From: a bacterium
Lineage (GTDB): Bacteria; Patescibacteriota; Minisyncoccia; Phycocordibacterales; Phycocordibacteraceae
Direction: 5' to 3'
Assembly (NCBI GenBank): GCA_021784815.1
Contig: JAJYHK010000004.1
Coordinates: forward strand, 16,255 to 80,254
Length of the DNA stretch: 64,000 bases
Part shown: piece by piece, positions 54,998 to 64,000 of the stretch
Layout of the letters: each line of letters opens with the position of its first letter
How positions within the stretch are numbered: the first letter of the stretch is position 1
Notes under the pieces: model-generated
What the model was told of the DNA's origin: nothing
Database searches by the model: none
The model's input: only the letters and a program-made list of their open reading frames with translations
Position numbers and translations under genes: made by a program

Positions 54998-55375
54998 ATG
55001 AAAAAAGCTTTCGTTCTCGCTGCTAGCACCATTGTTGCTGCACTTCTGCCTGCGATTGCCTTTGCCGCGCAGATCAACAACATCAACGACATCGGCGCAT
55101 TTATCGTCACTACGATCAACAGTCTCATTGTGCCGGTTCTCTTCGCTATTGCTTTCGTCGTTTTCCTCTTCGGTGCCTTTCAGGCGTTCATTCTGGGCCA
55201 CAATAGTGATGATGCGCATAAGAAAGGCAAGAACCTTATGCTCTACGGCCTCGTTGGCTTCTTTGTGATGGTCTCGGTGTGGGGCCTCGTGAACATCCTC
55301 ACCGGTACTATTGGCTTCGGCAACACCAACGGTCCGACGGGCGGCTACCCCTCGGCTGGCGTGAACGTTCCGTAG
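54998..55375 (+). CDS. VirB2/T4SS-pilin-like small membrane protein, paralog 5 (with cleavable signal peptide)
   Basis: Signal 'MKKAFVLAASTIVAALLPAIAFAA', then 'INSLIVPVLFAIAFVVFLFG...GHNSDDAHKKGKNLMLYGLVGFFVMVSVWGLVNILTG'. Confidence 0.6.
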   Translation: MKKAFVLAASTIVAALLPAIAFAAQINNINDIGAFIVTTINSLIVPVLFAIAFVVFLFGAFQAFILGHNSDDAHKKGKNLMLYGLVGFFVMVSVWGLVNILTGTIGFGNTNGPTGGYPSAGVNVP

Positions 55376-55449
55376 CGACGATGGGACGAGATGATGCGCG
55401 CCCGTGCTTTGCGCAGGCGCGTATCATGCATTCAAGCGTAAGGTGACCT

Positions 55450-55728
55450 ATGCCCGTCATAAACTCATTTCTCGACAGCGTGATCGTACAGATCATCAAT
55501 CCGATCATCTTGCTGCTTTCCGCGGGCGCGTTTGTTGTGCTCGCGTGGGGCATCTTCGAGTTCATCTGGAAGGCGGACGACGATAAGGCGCGGGAAACGG
55601 GACGGAGAGCCATTCTTTGGGGCTTTGTCGGGCTCGCGATCATCTTTGGCGCGTACGGCATCATCAACACCGCGCTCGGTGCGTTTAATATCGCGCCTGT
55701 TACGAAAGTAACTCAGACGCAGCCTTAG
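55450..55728 (+). CDS. VirB2/T4SS-pilin-like small membrane protein, paralog 6
   Basis: 'IINPIILLLSAGAFVVLAWG...KADDDKARETGRRAILWGFVGLAIIFGAYGIINTALG'. Confidence 0.5.
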   Translation: MPVINSFLDSVIVQIINPIILLLSAGAFVVLAWGIFEFIWKADDDKARETGRRAILWGFVGLAIIFGAYGIINTALGAFNIAPVTKVTQTQP

Positions 55729-55748
55729 GCCGATCGGGGAAAAGAAGA

Positions 55749-55784
55749 ACCGCGTCATCCACCAAGGTGGATGACGCGGTTTGC
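55749..55784 (+). terminator. Intrinsic terminator ending the pilin-like operon
   Basis: Perfect 14-bp stem 'accgcgtcatccac-caag-gtggatgacgcggt' followed by 'ttgcg'. Confidence 0.6.
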
Positions 55785-55822
55785 GCGTGGGAGATGTGCA
55801 GGTTGTTTCCGGGCGTGGCAGG

Positions 55823-56539
55823 TTATGTAGGTGCGCTTTGCGGGCAGGGTGCGGACTGTTTTCCTGGCAAAACGCCCGTGTGGACGAGTCCGTATTCGAA
55901 CCGTATCGGACCGCTTGTGCTGCGGAACCGGTACGTGTTAGCCACTCCTCGCTCATATTCCCATTGAACGGTCTCCCCAACAGGCAGCCAATAGCAGTAT
56001 CGGTACCCGGGAGGGAAGACGGTACCTTCTGTCGGCAAGGCTGGTGTCCAGGTATCCGTGAGGACGCATAGATGCACTGTGCCGAGTTTGTAAGGCATCG
56101 TGCAGGTGTTCTGAGGTCGTGGCGGCAGACCCATGACCTCGGGCCAGAAGAGCTGGATTCCTGCAAAGAGAAAGATGAGCGCCCACACCCCGGCGAATCC
56201 TTTTCCGATTTTCTGGACAAGTGGTTCCGTTCTCGGTATGGCCAGCAAGATAGCCACGGGGAATCCGACCAGAAATATGACCGGGAGCGGGTTATGCAGC
56301 ACATGCTTGACCAAGTTGAGCGGCGTGGACCATTGTACGGTCGCGAAGAGCCAGATAGTATAGGCAATTGCCGCGACGCTTCCCATGACCGCGTAGGCTC
56401 GGACTGCAGACCTCGAAATCAACGTGTCTTTCATGACGCCAAACGGCACTTTGAAGAACGCCGCCGCCACGAAAAGCACGCATACTGCCATGCCCGCGGC
56501 AACAAGCACACCATCCATGCCATTGAAGAGGCCGAGCAT
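55823..56539 (-). CDS. Hypothetical membrane protein (possible NfeD-like partner of the SPFH protein)
   Basis: N-terminal half has 4-5 TM helices. The C-terminal half is Cys/Trp/Pro-rich; extent and frame are uncertain. Directly downstream of the SPFH gene. Confidence 0.3.
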   Translation of the reverse strand: MLGLFNGMDGVLVAAGMAVCVLFVAAAFFKVPFGVMKDTLISRSAVRAYAVMGSVAAIAYTIWLFATVQWSTPLNLVKHVLHNPLPVIFLVGFPVAILLAIPRTEPLVQKIGKGFAGVWALIFLFAGIQLFWPEVMGLPPRPQNTCTMPYKLGTVHLCVLTDTWTPALPTEGTVFPPGYRYCYWLPVGETVQWEYERGVANTYRFRSTSGPIRFEYGLVHTGVLPGKQSAPCPQSAPT

Positions 56540-56542
56540 TTT

Positions 56543-57589
56543 TTACTCCTTACTGCCAAGGTTAAACGTTCCGAGCACGCCGGAGAGGCCATCGCCGACC
56601 AGGGTCATGTTCGGTTTCGTCTCTCTGAGGACGTTGAGTCCTTGTTGGGTGTTGTAGAAGTCGATGGCTTGCTTGTGGCTCATACCAAGCGTATCCATAA
56701 TTAGCCTGATGGGCTCTATGTAGCCGGCCACTTGGGCTTGGCGTTGTTCGGCTTCGAGCTTGCCTTCGACCGCCTTCTGGCGGAGGGTAACCCATTCTTC
56801 GGGCAGGTCGATGTCTTCAATCACCAGGCTCTTGCCCTCGGGGCGGGGGTATACGCCGACTTCCTTGAACGCGGGCGCAATAATTCCCACGACGGTATCG
56901 GCGATATCGTCGCGATTGGTGTTCGCCTCGTCGATGGTGATTGATTGCAGTCTGGGTCGCAGGACGCTGTCAACCAGGCTGTAGAGGCGCTTGCCGGGGT
57001 CCGTGAAGCCATAGGCCCACCTGTAGACATCCTCTTCAGGATTTGTATTACCGGGCTCTCCGACTTCGACGAACAAGGTCGCGTCAATCGGAGCGGATAT
57101 GCCGCCAACTGACGGAATGCCCTCCGCTACCACCGCGGTACTTACAAAGTCGATTTTGTTGTCTCGATCGAGCGCATAGAGCCGTATCGGCATCGAGCGG
57201 AGATCCCCGACAGAGACCTCGACGAGCTTGCGCTCTTTCCGGTCTGAGACAGACACCGGGCGAATACGGTCAATACCGATGACACGCACGTGCAAGCCGT
57301 TGAAGAAGGTCGTGTGGTATTTGCCGAGCCTCTCGACGACGGCGTACTGCATTTCTTCAAGGGTCATGGCTCCTTTCCATACGCAGAAGCCGAACCAGTT
57401 GAGTGCAACGAACACGCCGGCGCCCGGCAGACCGAATACCCAGGCGACCGTCATTGCCGCGAGTCCAGGGGTAACCCAAACCAAGAATGCGCCGAACCCG
57501 ACACGCTTTCTTGAATGGTGGGTGTGAAGATCGATGTAGAAGCTGACGGCAGTTCCGGCCGTAGCGAAGCCCAAAAGGAGTGCCCACAT
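56543..57589 (-). CDS. SPFH/band-7 (stomatin/prohibitin-like) domain protein
   Basis: Two N-terminal TM helices, then a 250-aa domain and a C-terminal coiled coil 'LRQKAVEGKLEAEQRQAQVAG'. Assigned from the N-terminal TM + globular domain + coiled-coil architecture only; no motif-level support. Confidence 0.45.
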   Translation of the reverse strand: MWALLLGFATAGTAVSFYIDLHTHHSRKRVGFGAFLVWVTPGLAAMTVAWVFGLPGAGVFVALNWFGFCVWKGAMTLEEMQYAVVERLGKYHTTFFNGLHVRVIGIDRIRPVSVSDRKERKLVEVSVGDLRSMPIRLYALDRDNKIDFVSTAVVAEGIPSVGGISAPIDATLFVEVGEPGNTNPEEDVYRWAYGFTDPGKRLYSLVDSVLRPRLQSITIDEANTNRDDIADTVVGIIAPAFKEVGVYPRPEGKSLVIEDIDLPEEWVTLRQKAVEGKLEAEQRQAQVAGYIEPIRLIMDTLGMSHKQAIDFYNTQQGLNVLRETKPNMTLVGDGLSGVLGTFNLGSKE

Positions 57590-57792
57590 TGTGGCCGATC
57601 CTTCTCAAAGTACGGACAACCGGGATTGGCTGTCCCCGAGTATATCGTGCATTGAATAAATCAATAAGTCAAGGGCCCGTAATGGTTCAATACCTTGGAG
57701 TCACCCAAGGCATATGGCATACACCAAGAACCCGAATCGGTGCCGTCGCGCTCTGTGCGGCGGCGAGCTCTGCCTTGTAAATTCCGAACTGG

Positions 57793-57873
57793 TGCACGGG
57801 AGAGGATTCGAACCTCCATGCCTTGCGGCGCTTGGTCCTAAACCAAGTGCGTCTACCATTTCGCCACCCGTGC
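57793..57873 (-). tRNA. tRNA-Leu (UAG)
   Basis: Reverse-complement acceptor GCACGGG/CCCGTGC, long variable arm, anticodon loop ttTAGga, T-loop TTCGAAT, CCA encoded. Confidence 0.75.
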
Positions 57874-57934
57874 CATAGACAGCTCGCAAGCTGTCTTTCA
57901 AAGCATATCAGCATTTGGTATAGTCTCCACGTAC

Positions 57935-58007
57935 GCGCCTATAGCTCAGTTGGTAGAGCAGCTGCCTCTTAAGCAGCGGGTCCCAGGTTCGAGCCCTGGT
58001 GGGCGCA
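57935..58007 (+). tRNA. tRNA-Lys (CUU)
   Basis: Acceptor GCGCCTA/TGGGCGC, anticodon loop ctCTTaa, T-arm CCAGGTTCGAGCCCTGG. Confidence 0.75.
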
Positions 58008-58066
58008 CCGAGTAAGCGAAGCGCACAAGGTGTGCCCGAGCGAGCAAACTGCTTTGCTCGCGTGGG

Positions 58067-58155
58067 AAAGTTAAGTGCCGAGAGTGAGATTTGAACTCAC
58101 ACGAGGATTTTTAGGCCCTCTCAGGATTTTAAGTCCTGTGCGTCTACCATTCCGC
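58067..58155 (-). tRNA. tRNA-Leu (UAA)
   Basis: Reverse-complement acceptor GCCGAGA/TCTCGGC, long variable arm, anticodon loop ctTAAaa, T-loop TTCAAAT. Confidence 0.7.
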
Positions 58156-58289
58156 CATCTCGGCGCCCTCTCTTTTTAACACAGCTCGGTCGTTTCGTGG
58201 ACGGAGGTCTGGGCATCGCTGCGGCATCCGATTCCCGACGCATGCCGAGCGGCCGGCATGCTCCCTCCCGCCTCTTTCGAGGACTCAAG

Positions 58290-58361
58290 AGGCCTGGGCG
58301 GGAATCGGACCCGCGCATAACGGTTTTGCAGACCGTCGTGTTACCACTTCACCACCAGGCC
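58290..58361 (-). tRNA. tRNA-Cys (GCA)
   Basis: Reverse-complement acceptor GGCCTGG/CCAGGCC with U73 discriminator, anticodon loop ctGCAaa, T-arm GCGGGTCCGATTCCCGC. Confidence 0.75.
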
Positions 58362-58408
58362 GTGTGCTGATGATACTATTCGCCTCCCTCTTTAGGGAAG
58401 CACGCCGC

Positions 58409-58732
58409 TCACAGTTCCCCCGAGAGCTCGTCGAGCCGCTGGCGGTTTTTCTCCCCGTTGTCGAGCTGAAAGTCGACGCGCGGGAGGGGGGAGAGACGCG
58501 TGCGTTTCTTAAGGTGGTCTGAGAAGGCTTCGCGCTGGCGGGCGAGGAAGGCGAGCGCACGCTCTGTTTGGTTGCCGGGCAGGACAGAGACGAGCACCGT
58601 CGCGTGGTCGCCGGGAGGTGAGGTGAGCGTGCGGGTCACGGTAATGAGCGATTCTGAACCCGATTCGCGCGCGATGAAGACTGCCGCCTCGCGGCCGATA
58701 ATCGCGCTCACCCGACCGGTGTGCAGGCTCAT
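58409..58732 (-). CDS. rbfA: Ribosome-binding factor A
   Basis: KH-like 'SAIIGREAAVFIARESGSESLITVTRTLTSPPGDHATVLVSV'; immediately downstream of infB (conserved infB-rbfA order). Confidence 0.7.
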   Translation of the reverse strand: MSLHTGRVSAIIGREAAVFIARESGSESLITVTRTLTSPPGDHATVLVSVLPGNQTERALAFLARQREAFSDHLKKRTRLSPLPRVDFQLDNGEKNRQRLDELSGEL

Positions 58733-60192
58733 GACCTCGTTACCCTAAACGATACAATTTCATCGCGCGATGCGATCGGGTGGCGCAGCTCGAGCTCCAC
58801 ACCGAACTCTCCCTCCGTACGAATTTCTTTAACATTGGCTCGCGCTTGCTGGAGATTGCCTATCGTACCGCGCCCGACTTCCACACCAGAGCGGAGCACC
58901 TTGATGCGCGCTCCCGTTGCAAAAGTGCCGGAGTCGAGTCGTGCCCCGGCGACCTGTTTTTTCGCAGTCGAGGAAAAGGTCTTGAGGATGGTCGCGCGCC
59001 CGAGCTCGGTCTCGGCCTCGATGATGGGTGTGCGCTCGGCGAGGAGCTCTTCAATGCGCTCGCGGAGCTCGTAGATGATGGAGAAGAATTCCATGGGAAC
59101 GCTTTCGCGCTCGGCGAGGTCCCGAGCGATCGGGTCGGCGCCTACGTTAAAGCCGATGACGATACCGCCGGCGGTTCGCGCGGTGCGGATGTCGTTCTCG
59201 GAGATGCTGCCGATTCCCGAAGCGATCACTTGCGCCGCGATGTGCGCATGGGAAATCTTCGAGAGCTCGTGGGCAATCGCCTCGATGGAACCGCTTACAT
59301 CGGCTTTTACGACGAGCGGAAGCTTGAGAACGCCTTCGGCGGATGCGGTCCTAGTCGGGATCGAGAGAAGCGCCGCCTCATGCGCGCGCGCTTCAGCGTC
59401 CTTTTTATTGCCGAGCACCGAGAAGAAATTGCCTGCCGACGGCAGCTTGCTAAAGCCGTAAATCTGCGCCGGTTCGGACGGACCAGCTGTTTGGATGCGC
59501 TTGCCGCGGAAGTCCTCAATGAACCGTACCGGCGCGTATGCGTCTCCAGCGAGCACGAACTCGCCGAGCTTGAGCGTGCCGTCTTTGACGATAAGGGTTG
59601 CCGAAGCGCCCCGACGCGGATCTTGGGTCGCTTCGAGCACGAACCCGGTCGCGCTCGCGTCAGGATCAGCGGTGAACTCGTGTATGTCCGCAGTGAGAAG
59701 GACAAGGTCGAGGAGTTCAGGGATACCTTCGCCGGTCTTTGACGAAACAGGCGCGTAGGTGATATCGCCGCCAAGCCCTTCGAGGTAAATGCCATACTCG
59801 AGCATGGAATGCTTCGCCCGCTCGGTGTCAGCGGTCGATTTATCGATCTTGGTGATGGCAACCACGTAGGGAATGCCCGCGTCCTGGATTGCCGAGAGCG
59901 CGTCGAGGGTTTGCGGCTTTACGCCCTCGTCGGCAGCCACGACGAGAATAGCGATGTCCGCTGCCGCGGCGCCCCGTGCTCGAAGCGCCTTAAAGGCTTC
60001 GTGTCCGGGCGTGTCGAGAAAGGTGATGCGGCGATCGTTATGCTCGGCAACGTACGCCGCCACGTGCTGAGTGATGCCGCCCGCCTCGAGAGCGACGACA
60101 TTCGCCTTCCGGATATAGTCTAGAAGCGAGGATTTGCCGTGGTCGATGTGGCCCATCACGACAATGACGGGTGGTCGTGCGATGCGCGCCAT
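58729..60192 (-). CDS. infB: Translation initiation factor IF-2 (short form lacking the N-terminal extension)
   Basis: '[17 protein letters not shown]', 'DTPGHEAF', 'NKID' region; 487 aa. Confidence 0.85.
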   Translation of the reverse strand: MARIARPPVIVVMGHIDHGKSSLLDYIRKANVVALEAGGITQHVAAYVAEHNDRRITFLDTPGHEAFKALRARGAAAADIAILVVAADEGVKPQTLDALSAIQDAGIPYVVAITKIDKSTADTERAKHSMLEYGIYLEGLGGDITYAPVSSKTGEGIPELLDLVLLTADIHEFTADPDASATGFVLEATQDPRRGASATLIVKDGTLKLGEFVLAGDAYAPVRFIEDFRGKRIQTAGPSEPAQIYGFSKLPSAGNFFSVLGNKKDAEARAHEAALLSIPTRTASAEGVLKLPLVVKADVSGSIEAIAHELSKISHAHIAAQVIASGIGSISENDIRTARTAGGIVIGFNVGADPIARDLAERESVPMEFFSIIYELRERIEELLAERTPIIEAETELGRATILKTFSSTAKKQVAGARLDSGTFATGARIKVLRSGVEVGRGTIGNLQQARANVKEIRTEGEFGVELELRHPIASRDEIVSFRVTRS

Positions 60193-60244
60193 AATGCGCC
60201 TACTTCATCACAAAAAAGGTCGTCCTGCAATAACGCTATACTGT

Positions 60245-61405
60245 ATGCCTATGTGGCCGCGCAGAACCTATCTCGATTACGCCTCCGGTCCCGCGGGCAA
60301 CCCGTCCTCGCCGCATGCAGAAGGACGTCGTGCTCGCGCGCGGCTCGAGGCTGCTCGCGCGCGGATCGCGCGGCTCGTGGAAGCGAAACCGGATGACGTT
60401 GTTTTTACGAGCGGCGCAACCGAAGCGAACGCACTCGCGATTCTAGGGGTCGTCCGCGGCAGAGCGGTGGGTCAGGGCGCTCGCGCGGAGTGCGAGCCTC
60501 GGGCTTCGAACTGCCGTATTTTGTACCTGCCCGGCTCGCATACCTCGATCGTAGAAAATGTGCGTGCCGCAGCGCAAGAAGCGGGCGCGGTTGCCGAAGC
60601 TCTGCCCGTCAAGAACGCGCAGGTGGACTGCGGCGTGCTTGCGCAGCTACTCGAGGCAGGTGGCGTGCTGCTCGTCACTATGGAGGCAGTCTGCGGGGAA
60701 ACGGGGGTGGTCTGGAATACGCGCGAGGTACGGCATGTGCTCGAGCAGGTAAACGGGGTATCGCGGCCGTGGCTCCATGTGGACGCGAGCCAAGCGCCGC
60801 TTGCGGAGAAGCTGGCTCGTGCGCACTTTGGCGCGGATCTGCTGACGCTCGATGGCACGAAGGTGGGCGCCACCCATCGCGTCGGCTGCCTCGTGGCGCC
60901 GCGGACCACTCCGCTCAAGCCGCTCTATCATGGAGGACCCCAGGAGCGCGCTCTTCGGCCAGGGACGGAGGACGTGCGCGGAGCAGAAGAGTTTGCCTAC
61001 GGTCTCTCGTTTGTGGCCGCTCATCGGGATGCGTTTGTGAAGAAATCAGGGGTGCTTCGTGCGCGGCTCATCGGTGTACTCGAACGAACCGTAAATAATA
61101 TGCGTATTAACGAAGGCGGGCGGCAAGCACCGCACATTTTGAACCTTTCATTTCCGGGACGCGATACGGATTACCTCGTCGCGCTCCTCGATAATGCAGG
61201 GTTTTCGGTCTCGACGAAAAGCGCATGCGAGACCGACTCCCCCGAGGGATCGCGCGCAGTGTACGCGCTGTTTGGAGATCAAGAACGCGCGGCAACGACC
61301 TTGCGCATTTCATGGGGACCGCGCATTACGTGGCGCGACCTCGTGCGCTTCGCGCGCGCGCTGCGCGAGGCGGTCGCGTTCATTGACACATCGGCGCTTA
61401 GGTAG
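60245..61405 (+). CDS. Cysteine desulfurase (class V aminotransferase, NifS/IscS-like)
   Basis: 'YLDYASG', 'VVFTSGATEANALAI'; start taken at the internal Met to avoid overlapping infB. Confidence 0.7.
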   Translation: MPMWPRRTYLDYASGPAGNPSSPHAEGRRARARLEAARARIARLVEAKPDDVVFTSGATEANALAILGVVRGRAVGQGARAECEPRASNCRILYLPGSHTSIVENVRAAAQEAGAVAEALPVKNAQVDCGVLAQLLEAGGVLLVTMEAVCGETGVVWNTREVRHVLEQVNGVSRPWLHVDASQAPLAEKLARAHFGADLLTLDGTKVGATHRVGCLVAPRTTPLKPLYHGGPQERALRPGTEDVRGAEEFAYGLSFVAAHRDAFVKKSGVLRARLIGVLERTVNNMRINEGGRQAPHILNLSFPGRDTDYLVALLDNAGFSVSTKSACETDSPEGSRAVYALFGDQERAATTLRISWGPRITWRDLVRFARALREAVAFIDTSALR

Positions 61406-61418
61406 CATCATAGAATCG

Positions 61419-62165
61419 ATGAATATAGAGGAACTGTCTAAATCCCAGCTCATTCTGCTCACGATCCTGGTGAATTTCGTGACCTCGATCGCGACGGGTA
61501 TTTTGACGGTCTCGCTGCTCGACCAGGCACCTCCGTCGTTGACTCAAACGATCAATCGGGTCGTCGAGCATACAGTGCAGACCATCGCGCCCCCGCAGCC
61601 GGCTGCAGTGGCGGCTGTGTCGGCTCCGTCCGACCAAGATCAGATCACGAGCGCGATTGCCGCCGCCGCTGCCCGCGCGGTGACGCTTTTTGGACCCCAG
61701 AGCAGCTCTACGCCGCGCGCACAGGGAACCTACCTGCCTGCTGTGCGCGCGGTAGTCGTGCCGATAGACGCGGGGTTACCTCAGGAAGCGTCGGTTCAGT
61801 TTGCGAATGGCACGATGGCGACCGCGATGCTCGCGGCCGAGACGCAGGGAGCGGCGCTCTACCGATTCGTGCCGGGGGCCGTACTGCCTTCGGTGCCTCC
61901 GGTGAACCTTGTTTCGACCCATGCGCTTGCGCTTGGCCAGACAGCGCTTTCAGTCACAGCTCATGGGACCGCCGCAACGGGTATTATTTCGCATACCGCC
62001 GGCGGAGTAGTGAGCACGACCCTCCCGGCGCTCGGCTCGGGCAGCGCGGTAGTCGATCTCTCGGGTAATCTTATTGGTTTACTGAGCGGGAGTACCGGCG
62101 GTGCGCTCATTAGCGCAGACGCCATTAACAGAGTGCTCACGGCAACTTCAACGCCGATCCAGTAG
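61419..62165 (+). CDS. Hypothetical membrane-anchored protein (Ala/Thr/Gly-rich extracellular region)
   Basis: N-terminal TM 'LILLTILVNFVTSIATGILTVSLL', low-complexity remainder; start at MNIEEL. Confidence 0.35.
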   Translation: MNIEELSKSQLILLTILVNFVTSIATGILTVSLLDQAPPSLTQTINRVVEHTVQTIAPPQPAAVAAVSAPSDQDQITSAIAAAAARAVTLFGPQSSSTPRAQGTYLPAVRAVVVPIDAGLPQEASVQFANGTMATAMLAAETQGAALYRFVPGAVLPSVPPVNLVSTHALALGQTALSVTAHGTAATGIISHTAGGVVSTTLPALGSGSAVVDLSGNLIGLLSGSTGGALISADAINRVLTATSTPIQ

Positions 62166-62180
62166 TACTATTCCAATATA

Positions 62181-64000
62181 TGCCTCCATCATTTAGTAAT
62201 TTCACCACGAAAGCCAAGGAAGCAGTACGCCGGGCCCATGAGCTCGCCATCGAGCGGGGGCAGAACCATGTCTCGCCGCTCCATCTGCTCGCTGCGCTCG
62301 TGCTCCAAGAAGAGTCGCTCGTGTTCTCCGTGCTCGACCGCATGGAAGTTGACACAGTGCTGCTTGCTGACGCAGTGCTTGAAAACCTTGAGGCGCCCGA
62401 ATCAGCCTCGGTCCTTTCTCCGTCTTATCAGATCTACCTTACGCCCGATCTCGCGAAGGCACTTGAGGAGTCCGGCAAGATTGCGGCGCGTATGAACGAT
62501 GCGTTTGTGGGCACGGAGCACCTGTTCCTCGCGATACTCGAGTACCCGGGTCCCGCTGCCGACGTGCTTGCGCGCTTCTCCATTACGCGCGACGGCGCTG
62601 TCACGATCCTCAAGGAGCTTAAGAATGCTAAGGACGGACAGGCTGCCGAACCGCGCCGCTTCCGAGCGCTCTCGAAGTACGCGCGCAATCTCAATCGCCT
62701 CGCGGCTGAAAATAAGCTCGATCCGGTTATTGGCCGCGACCTTGAGATCAACCGCGTCATCCAGATACTCGCGCGGCGCACCAAAAACAACCCGGTGCTC
62801 ATCGGAGAGGCAGGCGTCGGTAAGACGGCCATTGCCGAAGGGCTTGCAGCGCGCATGGCAGCAAACGATGTTCCGGAGTCGTTGCGCGGGAAGGAGCTCC
62901 TCTCGCTTGATCTCGGTCTTATGATCGCGGGTACGAAGTACCGCGGCGAGTTCGAGGAGCGCATGAAAAACGTCATGAAAGAGGTGGAACGCGCGGAGGG
63001 GAAAGTGATTCTTTTCATAGACGAGCTTCATACGCTCATTGGCGCGGGAGGAGCCGAAGGCTCGCTCGATGCGTCAAATATGCTGAAGCCCGCGCTTTCG
63101 CGCGGCGAGCTGCGCGTTATAGGCGCGACCACGCTCAAGGAATACCAGAAGCATATTGAAAAAGACGCGGCGCTCACGCGGCGGTTCCAGCCGGTATTCG
63201 TACAAGAGCCGAGCATTGAAGATGGTATCGCGATTCTGCGCGGCCTACGCGACAAGTACGAGCTCTACCACGGGGTGCGCATCACCGACGGTGCGATCGT
63301 AGCAGCGGTGGAGCTCGCGAGCCGGTACATTAGCGATCGCTATCTCCCCGACAAGGCGATCGATCTCGTTGACGAAGCGGCATCAGGCCTGCGTATTGCG
63401 CTTGAGAACAAACCGCCCCTCCTCGAGGAGACCGATCGTAAGATTCGCCGGCTCGAAATCGAGCGGCAGGCGCTCCAGAAGGATCTTGAGGGCGAGCACG
63501 CGAAGGAGATCAAAGAGCGTATTAAGCTCATAGATCAGGAGATCGCCGATCTCCACGAGAAAACAAGCGAGCTTGAGCTCAAATGGAAAAATGAGAAAGA
63601 GGTGCTTGAGGGTATTCGCGCATCGAAGAAAGAGCTCGAAACGCTCACCGTGCAGGCAGACAATGCCGAAGCGGCGGCTGATCTAGGCACGGCGGCAGAA
63701 ATCCGCTACGGCAAGATTCCGCATCTGCAGCGCGATCTCGAGCAGAAGCTGAAGCGGCTAAAGACCCTCCAGCGTTCGCGGCGTATCCTCAACGAGGAGG
63801 TAACCGAGCAGGATATCGCTGCGGTCGTGAGCCGCTGGACAGGCATACCAGTTTCCAAGATGCTTGAGGAGGAAATGGCTAAGCTCGCGCGCATGGAGCA
63901 ATCGCTCAAGCACAGCGTCATCGGCCAGGACGCTGCCGTGAAGAAAGTGACCGACGCGGTGAAGCGCTCGCGCGTCGGTATCAGCGATCCGAATCGCCCG
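62181..64000 (+). CDS. clpB: Chaperone ClpB (AAA+), 5' partial, runs off the window
   Basis: Clp-N repeats, Walker A '[15 protein letters not shown]', '[11 protein letters not shown]', long middle coiled coil, second AAA+ domain beginning. No stop codon before the window end. Confidence 0.85.

Noticed and set aside
1-64000. CRISPR arrays or other regularly spaced short repeats
   Set aside because: No run of evenly spaced identical 25-40-bp repeats was seen anywhere, including the AT-rich gaps (18.4-18.9 kb, 36.3-36.9 kb).

Overview
High-GC (roughly 60%, judged by eye) bacterial chromosomal segment dominated by housekeeping genes. On the plus strand: an isochorismatase-like hydrolase, two P-type ATPases, uppS, a membrane/TPR protein, murJ, lepA, an ftsB-like gene, an EmrAB-like efflux set (DoxX, two HlyD-type adaptors, an MFS pump), pth, gyrA, a cysteine desulfurase and a clpB 5' fragment. 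On the minus strand: valS, tsaD, an nrnA-like gene, a NUDIX hydrolase, two rRNA methyltransferases, trxB, ftsZ, ftsA, ybeY, rpsU, a HisRS-like gene, lepB, rpsA, a sigma-70 factor, cspA, rbfA and infB. orn lies divergent to tsaD. The compact forms (487-aa IF-2, 727-aa ValRS, 4-domain S1) and the arrays of small two-helix pilin-like proteins suggest a reduced-genome lineage such as Patescibacteria/CPR; this is inference only. I identify 10 tRNA genes by hand-folding, an RNase P RNA hidden in a 'gene-free' gap, and one IS200/IS605 tnpA. Several visibly more AT-rich islets sit next to tRNA 3'-end-derived direct repeats: a P-type ATPase island at 0.7-5.9 kb, a 1.3-kb islet at tRNA-Ser, and degraded DNA after tRNA-Gly. 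A surface-protein gene is split by two compensating frameshifts at a G6 run and a (CA)5 run. The most system-like feature is an 8-gene, translationally coupled operon at 51.5-55.8 kb: a SAM methyltransferase, an orphan solute-binding-like protein and six tandem, diverged VirB2/T4SS-pilin-like paralogs. No CRISPR array or rRNA gene was seen. Coordinates of RNA features are hand-derived and may be off by a few nt. Many ORF-track entries are antisense artefacts of high GC and were ignored.
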